DNA from: Phycisphaerae bacterium
GTDB lineage: Bacteria; Planctomycetota; Phycisphaerae; UBA1845
Length of the DNA: 64,000 bases
NCBI GenBank assembly: GCA_963666835.2
Contig: CAXXGO010000001.1
Location: forward strand, 1,376,001-1,440,000
Reading direction: 5' to 3'
Shown: positions 10,783-20,731 of the stretch, piece by piece
How the letters are laid out: the number at the start of each line of letters is the position of its first letter
How positions within the stretch are numbered: the first letter of the stretch is position 1
Notes under the pieces: model-generated
Seen by the model: only the letters and a program-made list of their open reading frames with translations
The model's database searches: none
What the model was told of the DNA's origin: nothing
Position numbers and translations under genes: made by a program

Positions 10783-11577
10783 ATGACGTCGAGATCGGAC
10801 AGGGATGAAGAACGGGCAAGAACCTGGCTGGGCGTGGTGATCGCGTCGACCTCAGTCGGCCTGTTGATCGCGGGCGGGTGCGTGGAGATTCTCGTACCGG
10901 ACCCGGCGGTTCGGTACGTTGCGTTCGGCGATTCGAGCACGACCGGGGACGCGGCCCGTGACTATCCGGAGATACTCGCGGAGCTGCTCGCGGTGGACTC
11001 CGCGGAGTTCGTCAACGCCGGCAAGAGCGGCGAGAACACCGAGGACGGGCTCGAACGTCTGCAGATGCTGTTTTCCAACGAGATATACCCGAACGCGGAG
11101 GTGCTGCTTTATTGGGAAGGCGGCAACGACGTGACCGACTTCATCAAGGACCACGATCGCCTCCTGCTCACCTCGCCCGACGACCCGGACTATCCGTTCG
11201 CTGACGCGTTGGAAGAGAAGCTGGACGAGACTCAGAGCAACATCGAATCCGCCGTCGCCGCGGCCCGGCAGCGAGGATTGGAAGTTCTGGTTGCCACGTA
11301 CTTCTTCATAAGAGAGGACCTGGGTCAATGCGAGGCTCTCCCTTTTGACGTCGTCCTGCCCTTCCAGGCCGAAGCCGCCAACGCCTATCTGAACCTACTT
11401 AACGAACGTGTAGCCGCCGCGGCCGCCGGCAGCGGAGCCCAGTTGGTGGACGTTGCTGCGTCCGACGAAGCCCTCCGCGCCGACGTCGAGAACTACCACG
11501 ACTGCAACCACCTTAGCGCGGCCGGCAACGCGATCGTCGCCCAGTTATTCGCCGACGCTCTGGCGGCCGACCGTTGA
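10783..11577 (+). CDS. SGNH/GDSL hydrolase family lipoprotein
   Basis: Lipobox IAGG-C; blocks FGDS, NAGKSG, GGND and DCNH. Confidence 0.88.
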   Translation: MTSRSDRDEERARTWLGVVIASTSVGLLIAGGCVEILVPDPAVRYVAFGDSSTTGDAARDYPEILAELLAVDSAEFVNAGKSGENTEDGLERLQMLFSNEIYPNAEVLLYWEGGNDVTDFIKDHDRLLLTSPDDPDYPFADALEEKLDETQSNIESAVAAARQRGLEVLVATYFFIREDLGQCEALPFDVVLPFQAEAANAYLNLLNERVAAAAAGSGAQLVDVAASDEALRADVENYHDCNHLSAAGNAIVAQLFADALAADR

Positions 11578-11619
11578 GGGAACTGCGACCGACCCCGGCT
11601 TATCGGAGCCGCAGAACCT

Positions 11620-11649
11620 GGGTGGCATGGGCTAACTTGTTAGCCCGTG
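11620..11649 (+). repeat. GGTG-headed REP-like hairpin
   Basis: GGGTGG followed by the stem-loop CATGGGCTAA-CTTG-TTAGCCCGTG, in intergenic DNA. Confidence 0.45.
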
Positions 11650-11904
11650 TTGTGACACGGTCGAGGCATTCCGGTGTGGCATGCGTCCCTGTTTGCCGTA
11701 GAGTACTCCCTTTCGCCGTGACGCCTGTCCAACAGGTTGTATTGGGTCCTCGCTGCGCCTCCCCTGACAGTGTCAGCGCGAATAGTACCGCTACGCACGG
11801 CGATTGCCTCGGCGAGTCGTAAAAACCGGGCAGCGCTGTCAGATCGACGTGCCCTGTGTCTATTTGAGGGTGAAGAGAAACTTGTTCCGGAGAGAGGGAA
11901 CGAT

Positions 11905-12016
11905 AACGCCCGCTATGGTCCGAAGCGGTTCCGGCGGTGGATGTGATGGATTTCCGGCCACTCCAGCCCCGTTGGCCCCAGCGTAGCTGGAACCGCCAAG
12001 CACCGTAGCGGGCGTT
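11905..12016 (+). other. Long imperfect stem-loop (possible structured RNA or element remnant)
   Basis: AACGCCCGCTATGGT pairs with ACCGTAGCGGGCGTT (15 bp) and GCGGTTCCGGC pairs with GCTGGAACCGC (11 bp). Each helix has one G-U pair on the + strand. Confidence 0.55.
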
Positions 12017-12449
12017 TCTCTTTGGATGGGGGGGTGTTCTGCGATCGCGACACGTCGTGCTGTGGGAGTAATATTCCTGCTCCCGGGCTCCGATGTCGCC
12101 GCGCCAATCGGCGAGTAGCGGTATCGGGATCCTCCAGATTCGCCAAGCAGACCGAGACCCAACGCGCTGCAACTGTCTCATCAGGCGATTATCGACACTC
12201 CACGGTTCGCGGGGCTATTCTCACAATGTTTGCCCGGCATCATGTCTCGTTACGGCAACCGGCAAGCGGCGTCGGATGATACGGGGGGGTTGGTTGAGAT
12301 GGCGTGATCAGGTAAACTATGATGTGATAAACTCGTGAGCAGGGGTAGGCCGATCGGGGGACAGCACATCGATGGGCCGGGAACATCCCCAATGCGCGAG
12401 TGTTACCGGGTATCTCGACACCATCAACGCGTCACGGAGGGAATGATCG

Positions 12450-14765
12450 ATGCGCATCGTCACAATCATCGCCGTCGTCGGAGTTCTGGCTCTTGCCGTA
12501 CCAGCATCGCGGGCAGAGTTGGCCACGCCTGAGGAGATGAAGCTGGTTTGCCAGGAGTGGCTGACGTATATGGTCCACCAGCAGGGTACCTGGGCAGGTT
12601 CCGCGGAGCCGAAGATCGTGAATGTGCAGGAGCTTACCGTGGGCGACACGGTAGCGGCTCACTGCTTCACTATTGCCCCGGACGGATACGTGGTGGTCCC
12701 GATACTCAAAGAGCTGCCGCCGATAAAAGCCTACTCTGAAGAGGGCACGCTCGACCCGAACGACTCTGAAGGACTGCCCCAGCTTCTGCGGGAAGTGTTC
12801 GAACATCGCTTAGGCCTGTTCGTCGCAAGGTATGGCAGCCTGGAGGCCGAGCAGCCGCGCGCCGGCGATGTGTTGTTCGACCGCGTCAACCGCAACGAGT
12901 GGGACAGGTTCCTGGTCGAGCCCGCCCAGTTCAAGGCCGAATTGGAACAGGGCCGGATCGCTCGGCTGGCTGAGGTGGGCCCCTTACTGACCAGCGCATG
13001 GCACCAGGGCACCCCATACAACCTCCACTGTCCGATCGGATTCTACGGGTACAACACGGTTGTGGGTTGTGTGGCGACGGCTATCGCCCAACTGATGAAA
13101 TACCACGAGTGGCCGCCGAGCGGAGTGGGCAGTCACAGCTACTACTGGTTCGGGGATGACTCGTGTGGAGACCCGACGTACGGCTCGGAGCTCTCGGCGA
13201 GCTTCTCGGACTCCTACGACTGGGCGAACATGCCGGACCTGATCGTACGCAATGCTGCTGACGACGGGTGGATGGATGAGAACGAAGATCCGGTGGGCAG
13301 CACCGAGATGCAGGCCGTGGCCGAGTTGTGCTACGAGGTCGGCGTGGCCCACGAAATGGACTATGGCGTGTGTTCGTCCGGTGCCTACACGGAGTACGCC
13401 CTGTCGGTCTTGCCGCGGTACTTTCGGTACGCCCCCACGATGGAGCTGATGCTGCGGGACGATTTCACCGCTGCGGAGTGGTTCAGCCTGATCCAGGCGG
13501 AAATCGACATGGGGCGGCCGATGATCTACACGATCACCGGTCATGCGATTGTGTGCGACGGCTGGCGCGATACGGGCGGCGAGAACCAGTTCCACATCAA
13601 CTACGGGTGGGGCGGAGAGGGAACCGCGTGGTATGCCGTGGACAACGTGTACTGTCCCTGGGGTGACTGCGATTCGATGGACGAGGATCTGATCCGCAAC
13701 ATCGAACCGTTGCCTCCGGCGGATTGTAACGGCAATAACGTGTTGGATTACCTGGACATTGATGCCGGCACCAGCGCCGACTGTAATGGGAATGCCGTCC
13801 CCGATGAATGCGACATCGACGCCGGGACCAGCGACGATTGCCAGCCGGACGGGGTGCCGGATGAGTGCCAGTTGCGCGGGGTGGTTCCCGGTTCGGACGA
13901 CGGATCCTGCACACCCACGGCCACCGCGGGAGCCCCGTGGTGTGATGATTTTGAAAGCTACTCGTCCGGTTCCATCCAAGGGTTGAACGGCTGGCAGGGC
14001 TGGGGAGCCGGGGCGGGCGATCCGGCGGCGGCCGGTGATGTGACGACGGAGGAAAACCATACTCTTGGTGGGGCGAAATCCCTCAAGATTGCGGATCACG
14101 ATACGGTTCACGTCTTCGATGGTTATGGCTCCTCTGTATCGCATCATTGGATCTTCCGCGTGCAGACTATGATCCCCGCGAACATGACCGGCTCGGCTCA
14201 CGTGATTGCCATGCCCGACTACGACGGCGGGGGAGCGGGGTCCAGTTGGTCCAGTCAGATCGAATTGAACACTGAGGCCGGCCGAGTCTCCTGCCGGGAC
14301 GTCTTTTCATCCTTGCCGCTCGTAACGGACGAATGGGCGGAGATTCGCCTGGAGATAGATCTCGAGCACGATGAAGTTACCATCTTCTATGATGACGAGT
14401 TGCTTGGGGCCCACCAGTGGAACATCCGCGGCGGATCCGCGAGTATCGGGGCGATCGATCTATGGGGTCCGGGGTCGAACGGGGCGTTCTTTGACGATGT
14501 TTCGCTGCTCCCGGCCTCAGGCGTCGACTGCAACACTAACGGACTACCCGACGATTGTGACTTGGGCGACTATGACGGCGACGGGGACCTGACCCTTTCC
14601 GACTTCGCCGGCTTGGCCGATTGCCTTACTGATCCGTGTCCCGACCCGGTGTGCGATCCGCCGCGGTACGCGGATTCGTGCTGCGTAATCGCGGACATCG
14701 ACCACGACGGCGATCATGATCTGGCGGACTTGGCGGTGTTCTTCGCGGACGTGTCCGTCGATTAA
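12450..14765 (+). CDS. Secreted C10 family (streptopain-like) cysteine peptidase with propeptide, Ca-binding repeats and dockerin-like C-terminus
   Basis: Signal peptide; WHQGTPYN, GCVATAIAQ (catalytic Cys), GHAIVCDG (His) and HINYGWGG. DCNGNAVPDECD repeats and GDYDGDGDLTLSDF / DIDHDGDHDLADL tail. RBS GGAGG. Confidence 0.9.
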   Translation: MRIVTIIAVVGVLALAVPASRAELATPEEMKLVCQEWLTYMVHQQGTWAGSAEPKIVNVQELTVGDTVAAHCFTIAPDGYVVVPILKELPPIKAYSEEGTLDPNDSEGLPQLLREVFEHRLGLFVARYGSLEAEQPRAGDVLFDRVNRNEWDRFLVEPAQFKAELEQGRIARLAEVGPLLTSAWHQGTPYNLHCPIGFYGYNTVVGCVATAIAQLMKYHEWPPSGVGSHSYYWFGDDSCGDPTYGSELSASFSDSYDWANMPDLIVRNAADDGWMDENEDPVGSTEMQAVAELCYEVGVAHEMDYGVCSSGAYTEYALSVLPRYFRYAPTMELMLRDDFTAAEWFSLIQAEIDMGRPMIYTITGHAIVCDGWRDTGGENQFHINYGWGGEGTAWYAVDNVYCPWGDCDSMDEDLIRNIEPLPPADCNGNNVLDYLDIDAGTSADCNGNAVPDECDIDAGTSDDCQPDGVPDECQLRGVVPGSDDGSCTPTATAGAPWCDDFESYSSGSIQGLNGWQGWGAGAGDPAAAGDVTTEENHTLGGAKSLKIADHDTVHVFDGYGSSVSHHWIFRVQTMIPANMTGSAHVIAMPDYDGGGAGSSWSSQIELNTEAGRVSCRDVFSSLPLVTDEWAEIRLEIDLEHDEVTIFYDDELLGAHQWNIRGGSASIGAIDLWGPGSNGAFFDDVSLLPASGVDCNTNGLPDDCDLGDYDGDGDLTLSDFAGLADCLTDPCPDPVCDPPRYADSCCVIADIDHDGDHDLADLAVFFADVSVD

Positions 14766-14800
14766 CACCGCGGCGTTCCGCGGGTGCTTCGCTTGTTTCT

Positions 14801-14895
14801 GCCGGGTGGCCCGGGTCCTTTTGGGCTTCGCGCGTGCTCCGGTCCATTGAGGATTCTCGGAGCAAAGCGCAACCGACCCGGGGGAGGCGATGATC
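14801..14895 (+). repeat. Divergent copy of the GGTG-headed long-loop hairpin element
   Basis: GCCGGGTGGCCC-GG-GTCCTTTTG...GAC-CC-GGGGGAGGCGATGATC versus GCCGGGTGGCCC-AC-GTCCTTTTG...GAC-GT-GGGGGAGCCGATGATC at 20732 and 20916; the 36788 copy matches from CGGGTGG onward. Confidence 0.7.
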
Positions 14896-14940
14896 GGCGT
14901 GCGTTCTCAAGAGCGTCGTGGCGGTGGCATCTCCCGAGTT

Positions 14941-15027
14941 AGGTACGGCCGAGAAACGAGACGTGCACAAAGGGCGCAAGTTACGGGAAGACGACGGCAG
15001 GTCTCGTGCCTCGACCGTGCCGTACCT
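14941..15027. repeat. Inverted pair of REP-like sequences (second GTAG-type family, degenerate)
   Basis: CGGCAGGTCTCGTGCCTCGACCGTGCCGTAC (14995-15025) matches the segment inside the 184-bp repeat. A degenerate reverse-complement copy lies at 14941-14966. Confidence 0.6.
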
Positions 15028-15150
15028 TTTGATCGCCGGCGTCTCTTACGACGTAATCCGCTATAAGGGCGCAGGTTGAGCGAAAACGGCTCTTGAGTAA
15101 GATCTGGCGATGATCGGGCTCGATCCGACCGGGTTTTGCGCAGACTGCCA

Positions 15151-16314
15151 ATGGACATAGATAGTCGAAGCACGATTCGCGTTACGTGCGCTCCCGGTCT
15201 TACCGAGATTCTGAAGACTGAAATCGAGGAGTTGGGCTACCGCGTCAAGACGAGCGACCGCACCGGCGTCGAGATCTGGGGCAGTCGGCGTGATGCCATG
15301 CGGCTCAACCTGCACTTGCGCACCGCCTTCCATGTCCTTTACCTGTTCAAGGAGTTCAAGAGCAAAACCCCGGACAAGCTGTATCGTCGAGTTGTCGCAC
15401 ATCCGTGGGAGGAGATGATTAGCCCCGACGGATACGTGAGCGTCATGTCTCGCGTCGACACTCCGGCGATCGACAACTCCACGTTCGCCAGTCTGAAGGT
15501 CAAGGATGCGATTGTTGATCGCATTCAGGAGAAGTGTGGTCGCCGTCCGGACGCCGGGCCGAGGCGCGATCGCTTCGTGGTCAATCTCCACTGGGTCAAG
15601 GATCTGTGCAGGCTCTACCTCAACACCTCCGGAGTGAAGCTAGCCAATCGCGGTTATCGCCGTCTGCCGCACGCCGCCCCGATGCAGGAGACGCTGGCCG
15701 CGGGAGTTGTGCTGACCACCGGTTACGACGGTACTCGGTCTTTTGTGAATCCGATGTGTGGTAGCGGGACTCTGGCAATCGAAGCGGCGCTGATAGCCTC
15801 GCGGCGTCCTCCCGGTTTGCTGCGGGGCAACTTCGGGTTCATGCACGAACTCGGATTCGATGACGACGCCTGGCAAGCTCTGCGGGGTGAGGCTCGGGCG
15901 TTGCGGGCTAAGGCCGCGCCGGCTCCCATCGTTGCGTCGGATGTTGATGAAAGGGCGATAGAGGCGGCTCGCAAGAACGCGGAGACGGCCGGCGTACACC
16001 ATCTGATTGACTTTCGCGCGTGCGATTTCGCAGACACGCCGATCCCGGAGGAGAAGGGTGTCGTCGTATTCAACCCGGCTTACGGTGAACGAATGGGCGA
16101 GGTCCGTGAGCTCGAGGAGACCTACGGGCGAATCGGCGACTTCCTCAAACAGAAGTGTGCCGGTTGCACCGGTTATGTATTCACCGGCAACCCGGAGTTG
16201 GCCAAGAAAGTAGGCCTTCGCGCCGAACGGCGTACTCCGTTCTTCAACGCTCGCATTGAGTGTCGACTTCTCAGGTACGATCTATACGAGGGGACTCGTA
16301 AGAACCGTTCCTGA
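15151..16314 (+). CDS. THUMP-domain class I SAM-dependent RNA methyltransferase (RlmL/YpsC-like)
   Basis: TCAPGL N-terminus, LANRGYR, APMQETLAAG, NPMCGSGTLAIEAA and NPAYGER. Confidence 0.9.
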   Translation: MDIDSRSTIRVTCAPGLTEILKTEIEELGYRVKTSDRTGVEIWGSRRDAMRLNLHLRTAFHVLYLFKEFKSKTPDKLYRRVVAHPWEEMISPDGYVSVMSRVDTPAIDNSTFASLKVKDAIVDRIQEKCGRRPDAGPRRDRFVVNLHWVKDLCRLYLNTSGVKLANRGYRRLPHAAPMQETLAAGVVLTTGYDGTRSFVNPMCGSGTLAIEAALIASRRPPGLLRGNFGFMHELGFDDDAWQALRGEARALRAKAAPAPIVASDVDERAIEAARKNAETAGVHHLIDFRACDFADTPIPEEKGVVVFNPAYGERMGEVRELEETYGRIGDFLKQKCAGCTGYVFTGNPELAKKVGLRAERRTPFFNARIECRLLRYDLYEGTRKNRS

Positions 16315-16429
16315 GGGGGACGACGGTTGCCGGAGGGAGTGCCGGACCAGGCCGTAACTGCGGGTGGGAGAACCCTAGAAGAGGCCACGCTCACTCCGCT
16401 GATCTCGCGGTTTCCTTTACGCAACACGC

Positions 16430-16457
16430 TAACCCGGAAGCTGGTGCCCGCCGATAG
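16430..16457 (+). promoter_or_regulatory. sigma28 (FliA/SigD)-type promoter of cheV
   Basis: TAAC-16 nt-GCCGATAG, close to the TAAA-N15/16-GCCGATAA consensus, about 55 nt upstream of a chemotaxis gene. Confidence 0.6.
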
Positions 16458-16510
16458 AGTGTTGGTATTCATCTGCGCAATTGCTATCGATCCGCGACAG
16501 GAGAACGATT

Positions 16511-17479
16511 GTGAGTCAACCTGAGCAGAACCAAGGTGTCCTGCTGGATGCCGGTACGAATGAACTGGAGATACTCGTCTTCGCCTCGGGGGCAACACGT
16601 TATGGGGTGAACGTCGCCAAGGTCCGCGAGGTTATCGGGCAGGTCAAGCTTGTGAGTGTTCCGATGACCCACGTTGCGGTCGTGGGCGTGTTCCGGCTAC
16701 GTGAGTCGGTCATCCCGCTCGTCGATCTGCAGCTCTACTTCGATCCGGCGAACCCCTCTGAGGCCGGCCAGCGCAATGTCATCCTGATGGAGTTCAACGA
16801 CCGCCTGATCGGGTTCCTGGTGGATAAGGTCGACCGAATCTACCGCATGGGTTGGGGTGACGTACGCCCGATGCCCACAACCGAGGAACAGGTCAATCCG
16901 GTGGTAACCTCCGTCTGTCAGATAGACGGCAGCCTGGTTCTGATGGTTGACTTCGAGAAGATCGCCTTCGATATCAGCGGCGACAGCGACGTGTTCCGCG
17001 AGGTCCAGACGACTACGATAGCTGCCGGAACCGAGCGGGAGAACCGAAACGTCCTGTTGGCGGAGGACTCTGCGACAATCCGCAAAGCGATTGAGTCCAA
17101 TCTCCGGCAGTCCGGGTACAATCAGATCACGGCCGTGGGCGACGGAGCTGAAGCGTGGTCGGTTCTGGAGGCGTCGGTAGCGGGCGAGACTCCCACGCCG
17201 TTCACGGTGTTGGTTACGGACATCGAAATGCCTCGGATGGACGGGCTGCACCTGTGCAAACGAGTGAAAGAACATCGGAACCTGAAGCATCTTCCGGTCG
17301 TGGTGTTCAGCTCTCTCGTCAGCGATACGAACCTCAAGAAATGTGAGGCGGTGGGCGCAAACGCTGCCCTTACGAAACCGCAGATGGTCAAGCTGGTCGA
17401 TCTGCTGGATGAACTGCTTTCTGCGGATCGCTCAACCGCGCCCGGCGGCAAGGCAGAGCCGGTTCTCGCTTTGTCTTAG
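16511..17479 (+). CDS. cheV: Chemotaxis protein CheV (CheW + receiver domain)
   Basis: LLDAGTNELEIL and YGVNVAKVREV CheW domain; receiver domain LLAEDS...VTDIEMPRMDGLHL...FSSL...K. Confidence 0.93.
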   Translation: MSQPEQNQGVLLDAGTNELEILVFASGATRYGVNVAKVREVIGQVKLVSVPMTHVAVVGVFRLRESVIPLVDLQLYFDPANPSEAGQRNVILMEFNDRLIGFLVDKVDRIYRMGWGDVRPMPTTEEQVNPVVTSVCQIDGSLVLMVDFEKIAFDISGDSDVFREVQTTTIAAGTERENRNVLLAEDSATIRKAIESNLRQSGYNQITAVGDGAEAWSVLEASVAGETPTPFTVLVTDIEMPRMDGLHLCKRVKEHRNLKHLPVVVFSSLVSDTNLKKCEAVGANAALTKPQMVKLVDLLDELLSADRSTAPGGKAEPVLALS

Positions 17480-17532
17480 CCCTTAAACAGGGTGCGGATG
17501 ACTCGTCGAAGTCATCCTCTGAGCTTGCAGGT

Positions 17533-17562
17533 GGGGATCGGCGTGGAGCCGATCCCCTTTTT
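17533..17562 (+). terminator. Intrinsic terminator after cheV
   Basis: GGGGATCGGC-GTGGA-GCCGATCCCC followed by TTTTT. Confidence 0.8.
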
Positions 17563-17681
17563 CAGTGAACCGCAATAGTGCTTTGCTGCGCGTGAAGCTC
17601 CGGGTCCAATCCACACCGTCTCGTGTTCCTGCGCTGCTCAAAAGCAGTGGCACAGTCGAAGAACCTACGGGCGACCCATCG

Positions 17682-18191
17682 CTAGATTGTGAACTCCCAA
17701 GCGCAGATACATCCGGTATTCTCGGTGTCATCTGGTGGGCACTGTAGGCATCGCGTCTTGATTCGCTCGTCAATCGTCTCGGCGAATTTCGAGTACTCTA
17801 CGATTCCTACCGGCTTGCAGGGGAAGTCGGCCAGCCCCTTGCGTTTCCTGGCGCTTTGGACCCGGCACTCGGTCATCTTGTATATCAGGCGGTCTTCGCT
17901 GGGGCGCTCGATAGACTGAGGATTGACCGTTGCGTACAGACGATATTTGAACGCTTGCGCCAAGGAGTCGAGCCCGCCCCCTTGGGGGATGTTGAAGGCC
18001 TTCATGATTCGTTTCGCCTCCGCCGGCGAAAACCGCTCCCACGATTTCGTGTCAAGCTCCATGGCCACGTCGAGCCCGTACTTCTCCTCAGCGGCTAAGA
18101 ACCAACAGCCGTCGTGAGCCAGCCAGCTCTTGGCGTGCGCGTCGACCAGCGTCAGCAGCTCCTCGCGGGACATTTCGGACAGATGCTCCAT
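17682..18191 (-). CDS. DUF6125-like protein
   Basis: 169 aa with WLAHDGCWF, CRVQSARKRKGL, FPCKPVG and CLQCPPD..CAWEF; resembles DUF6125 from memory. RBS GGAAGG. Confidence 0.75.
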   Translation of the reverse strand: MEHLSEMSREELLTLVDAHAKSWLAHDGCWFLAAEEKYGLDVAMELDTKSWERFSPAEAKRIMKAFNIPQGGGLDSLAQAFKYRLYATVNPQSIERPSEDRLIYKMTECRVQSARKRKGLADFPCKPVGIVEYSKFAETIDERIKTRCLQCPPDDTENTGCICAWEFTI

Positions 18192-18647
18192 TGCCTTCCT
18201 TTCTTCGTCAGTGTTTCAGATGCGGTGGTTCCGACTCTGCGGGTGGCTTGCCCGGAAGGTGCGATGCCGCTATCGGCTTGACACTTCGAGGGTACTCCGC
18301 GTTCACCGTCTAAGCCGGGTTATCATAATCGCGAACAGGGCGGGTTGGCTACCCGTTCCGTGCCGCGCGGTTGATCCTCACTTGCCGGACACGGCTGACG
18401 CCCTCTGCGGTCAAGCGAGGGCGTCTTACGCTCCGCACGGGTCCCTTCACAGATAGCGAGTTGCGGCGAGGAGCATCCAAAGCTAAAGTCATGGCGTTCA
18501 GGTGAGGGCGGGGCCGGCCGGTCTCACCAGCCACAGCCAAGCGGGCTTGCGCGTTCGTCGGGTTGCGATTCGATTCGCCCGCGAGAGGCGACGGACGGCA
18601 CTTGGGCCCTCGCCGGTTTTCTCATGACCGAAGGGAGCTGACGCATC

Positions 18648-20720
18648 ATGACGGCGGTTACGTTTCTCGGGTTTGGTCTTCTGTTGATTCTGCTCGTGCA
18701 TCGGTGTGCCGACACGAAGCGACGGCGCACAAGCCGATCGCACCCCTTCTCCGTGCATGATCTCTGGGCCATGGAACGGGTCAGCGATCCACAGGTTTCG
18801 CCGGACGGCAGGTTGATTGTGTTCGAGAAGAAGACCTTCGATATCGAAGAGAACAAGGGGCGTTCCGACCTGTGGCTGGTACGCCCGGATGGCGGTGGGT
18901 TACGTCGCCTCACCTCGCACCCGTCCGGCAGCGCGAGTCCACGCTGGGCGGCCGATGGCGAGACGATCTGGTTTCTCTCAGCGCGCACGGAGAAGATGCA
19001 GGTATGGCGAATATGTGTCGATGGGGGAGAGGCCGAGCAGGTGACGGATCTTCCCCTGGATGTGGCGAATCTTGTTTGCGCTCCCGATGGGCGCTATATC
19101 GCCTTCACGATGGACGTCTACTCCGGGTGTAGTCCGGAGGAAACAAAACAACGTTCGGATGAAGCGGAAGAGTCGAAGGCGACCGGAAAGGTCTTCGAAC
19201 GGTTGTTCATTCGTCATTGGGATACGTGGAAGGATGGGCGTCGGTCGCACGTTTTTGTCTATGCCGTGGATGGTGGTGACGTGATCGATGTGATGAAGAA
19301 CATGGACGCCGATGCGCCCGCGAAGCCCTTTGGCGGGTCTGAGGAGATCACGTTTACTCCAGACGGGCAGTTTGTAGTTTTCTCGGCCCGCAACGTCGGC
19401 AGGCAGGAATCGTGGTCCACGCAGTTCGATCTGTTCCGCGCGCCGGTGGACGGGCTGGGCGCTCCGCATTTAATCACGGAGGGTAACGAGGCCTGGATCT
19501 CGCATCCGGTGTTCTCGCCGGACGGGCAGACGCTGGCTTTTCTCGCTATGGATCGGCCCGGCTACGAATCCGACCGCTGGCGGATAGTGTTGATGCCGTG
19601 GCAAGGCGGTGCCACTCGGGTTCTAACGGAGAAGTGGGATCACTCGCCCGCAACGATCGTGTGGTCCGCAGACGGCGAGACCATCTACACGATTGCGGAG
19701 AACCTCGGCCAACGCCCGCTTTTTGCGGTCGATGTAGCCAGCGGCCATATAAGCACGGTTGTCCATCACGGCCGGCTGCACTCTCCGGTAGTCGCCGGTG
19801 GGCGAACAGTGTACGGAAGTTGTGACCACCGCAGCCCGGTCGAGTTGTTCAGCGTCAATCCGGACGGAACGGATGTTCGCCGGATTACTAACGTGAATGC
19901 CGCACGCTTGTCTCAAGTGCGTATGGGCGAGTCCGAACAATTCTCCTTTGCCGGTTGGAATGACGAACGCGTATATGCGTATGTCGTCAAGCCGGTCGAT
20001 TTTGACTCGGCGGAGAAGTACCCGGTGGCCTTCTTGATCCACGGCGGGCCGCAGGGCTCTTTCGGCAACGACTTCCATTACCGGTGGAACCCCCAGGTGT
20101 ACGCCGGGGCCGGTTACGCCGTAATCATGGTTGACTTCCACGGTTCCACCGGATACGGCCAGGCGTTTACGGACTCGATTGGCGACGATTGGGGCGGCAA
20201 GCCGTTCGAGGATCTTCAGAAAGGTCTTGACGCGGCGCTTAATCGCTATGCCTGGATGGACGGTGAACGGGTGGCCGCTCTCGGGGCGTCGTTCGGGGGT
20301 TACATGGTCAACTGGATTGCGGGCAACTGGCCGGATCGGTTCCGCTGCCTGGTCAACCACGACGGAAACCTCTGCGAGCGGATAGCCTATTACGACACCG
20401 AAGAGCTATGGTTCCCCGAATGGGAGCGCCGTGGAACTCCGTGGGATAAGCCCCAGGCTTACGAAAAACACAACCCGATCAACCACGTCGGGAACTGGAA
20501 GACGCCCATGCTCGTCATTCATGGTGGGCGCGATTACCGCGTAGTCGACACCCAAGGGATCTCGACCTTTACGGCTCTTCAACGCCGGGGGATCCCCAGT
20601 AAGTTGCTTTATTTCCCTGACGAGAACCACTGGGTTCTCAAGCCGGCAAACAGCATTCAGTGGCACGACACTGTCATTGCCTGGCTCGATCAGTGGACGA
20701 AGGGTTCGGCCAAGACGTAA
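18648..20720 (+). CDS. S9 family (acylaminoacyl/dipeptidyl) peptidase with N-terminal beta-propeller
   Basis: SPDG propeller repeats; IHGGPQ, GASFGG (nucleophile), HGGRDYRV and FPDENHWV. Confidence 0.93.
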   Translation: MTAVTFLGFGLLLILLVHRCADTKRRRTSRSHPFSVHDLWAMERVSDPQVSPDGRLIVFEKKTFDIEENKGRSDLWLVRPDGGGLRRLTSHPSGSASPRWAADGETIWFLSARTEKMQVWRICVDGGEAEQVTDLPLDVANLVCAPDGRYIAFTMDVYSGCSPEETKQRSDEAEESKATGKVFERLFIRHWDTWKDGRRSHVFVYAVDGGDVIDVMKNMDADAPAKPFGGSEEITFTPDGQFVVFSARNVGRQESWSTQFDLFRAPVDGLGAPHLITEGNEAWISHPVFSPDGQTLAFLAMDRPGYESDRWRIVLMPWQGGATRVLTEKWDHSPATIVWSADGETIYTIAENLGQRPLFAVDVASGHISTVVHHGRLHSPVVAGGRTVYGSCDHRSPVELFSVNPDGTDVRRITNVNAARLSQVRMGESEQFSFAGWNDERVYAYVVKPVDFDSAEKYPVAFLIHGGPQGSFGNDFHYRWNPQVYAGAGYAVIMVDFHGSTGYGQAFTDSIGDDWGGKPFEDLQKGLDAALNRYAWMDGERVAALGASFGGYMVNWIAGNWPDRFRCLVNHDGNLCERIAYYDTEELWFPEWERRGTPWDKPQAYEKHNPINHVGNWKTPMLVIHGGRDYRVVDTQGISTFTALQRRGIPSKLLYFPDENHWVLKPANSIQWHDTVIAWLDQWTKGSAKT

Positions 20721-20731
20721 TAAGACCGCCG

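Noticed and set aside
11905..12016. Integron attC site (AAC...GTT ends)
   Set aside because: No RYYYAAC/GTTRRRY match, no unpaired spacer next to the R box, single copy and no integrase.
18305..18540. RNase P/other ncRNA suggested by AACCCGGCTTA (minus strand) and a GACGCCCTC/GAGGGCGTC hairpin
   Set aside because: The GAGGAAAGTCC partner motif is absent; one hairpin is not enough evidence.
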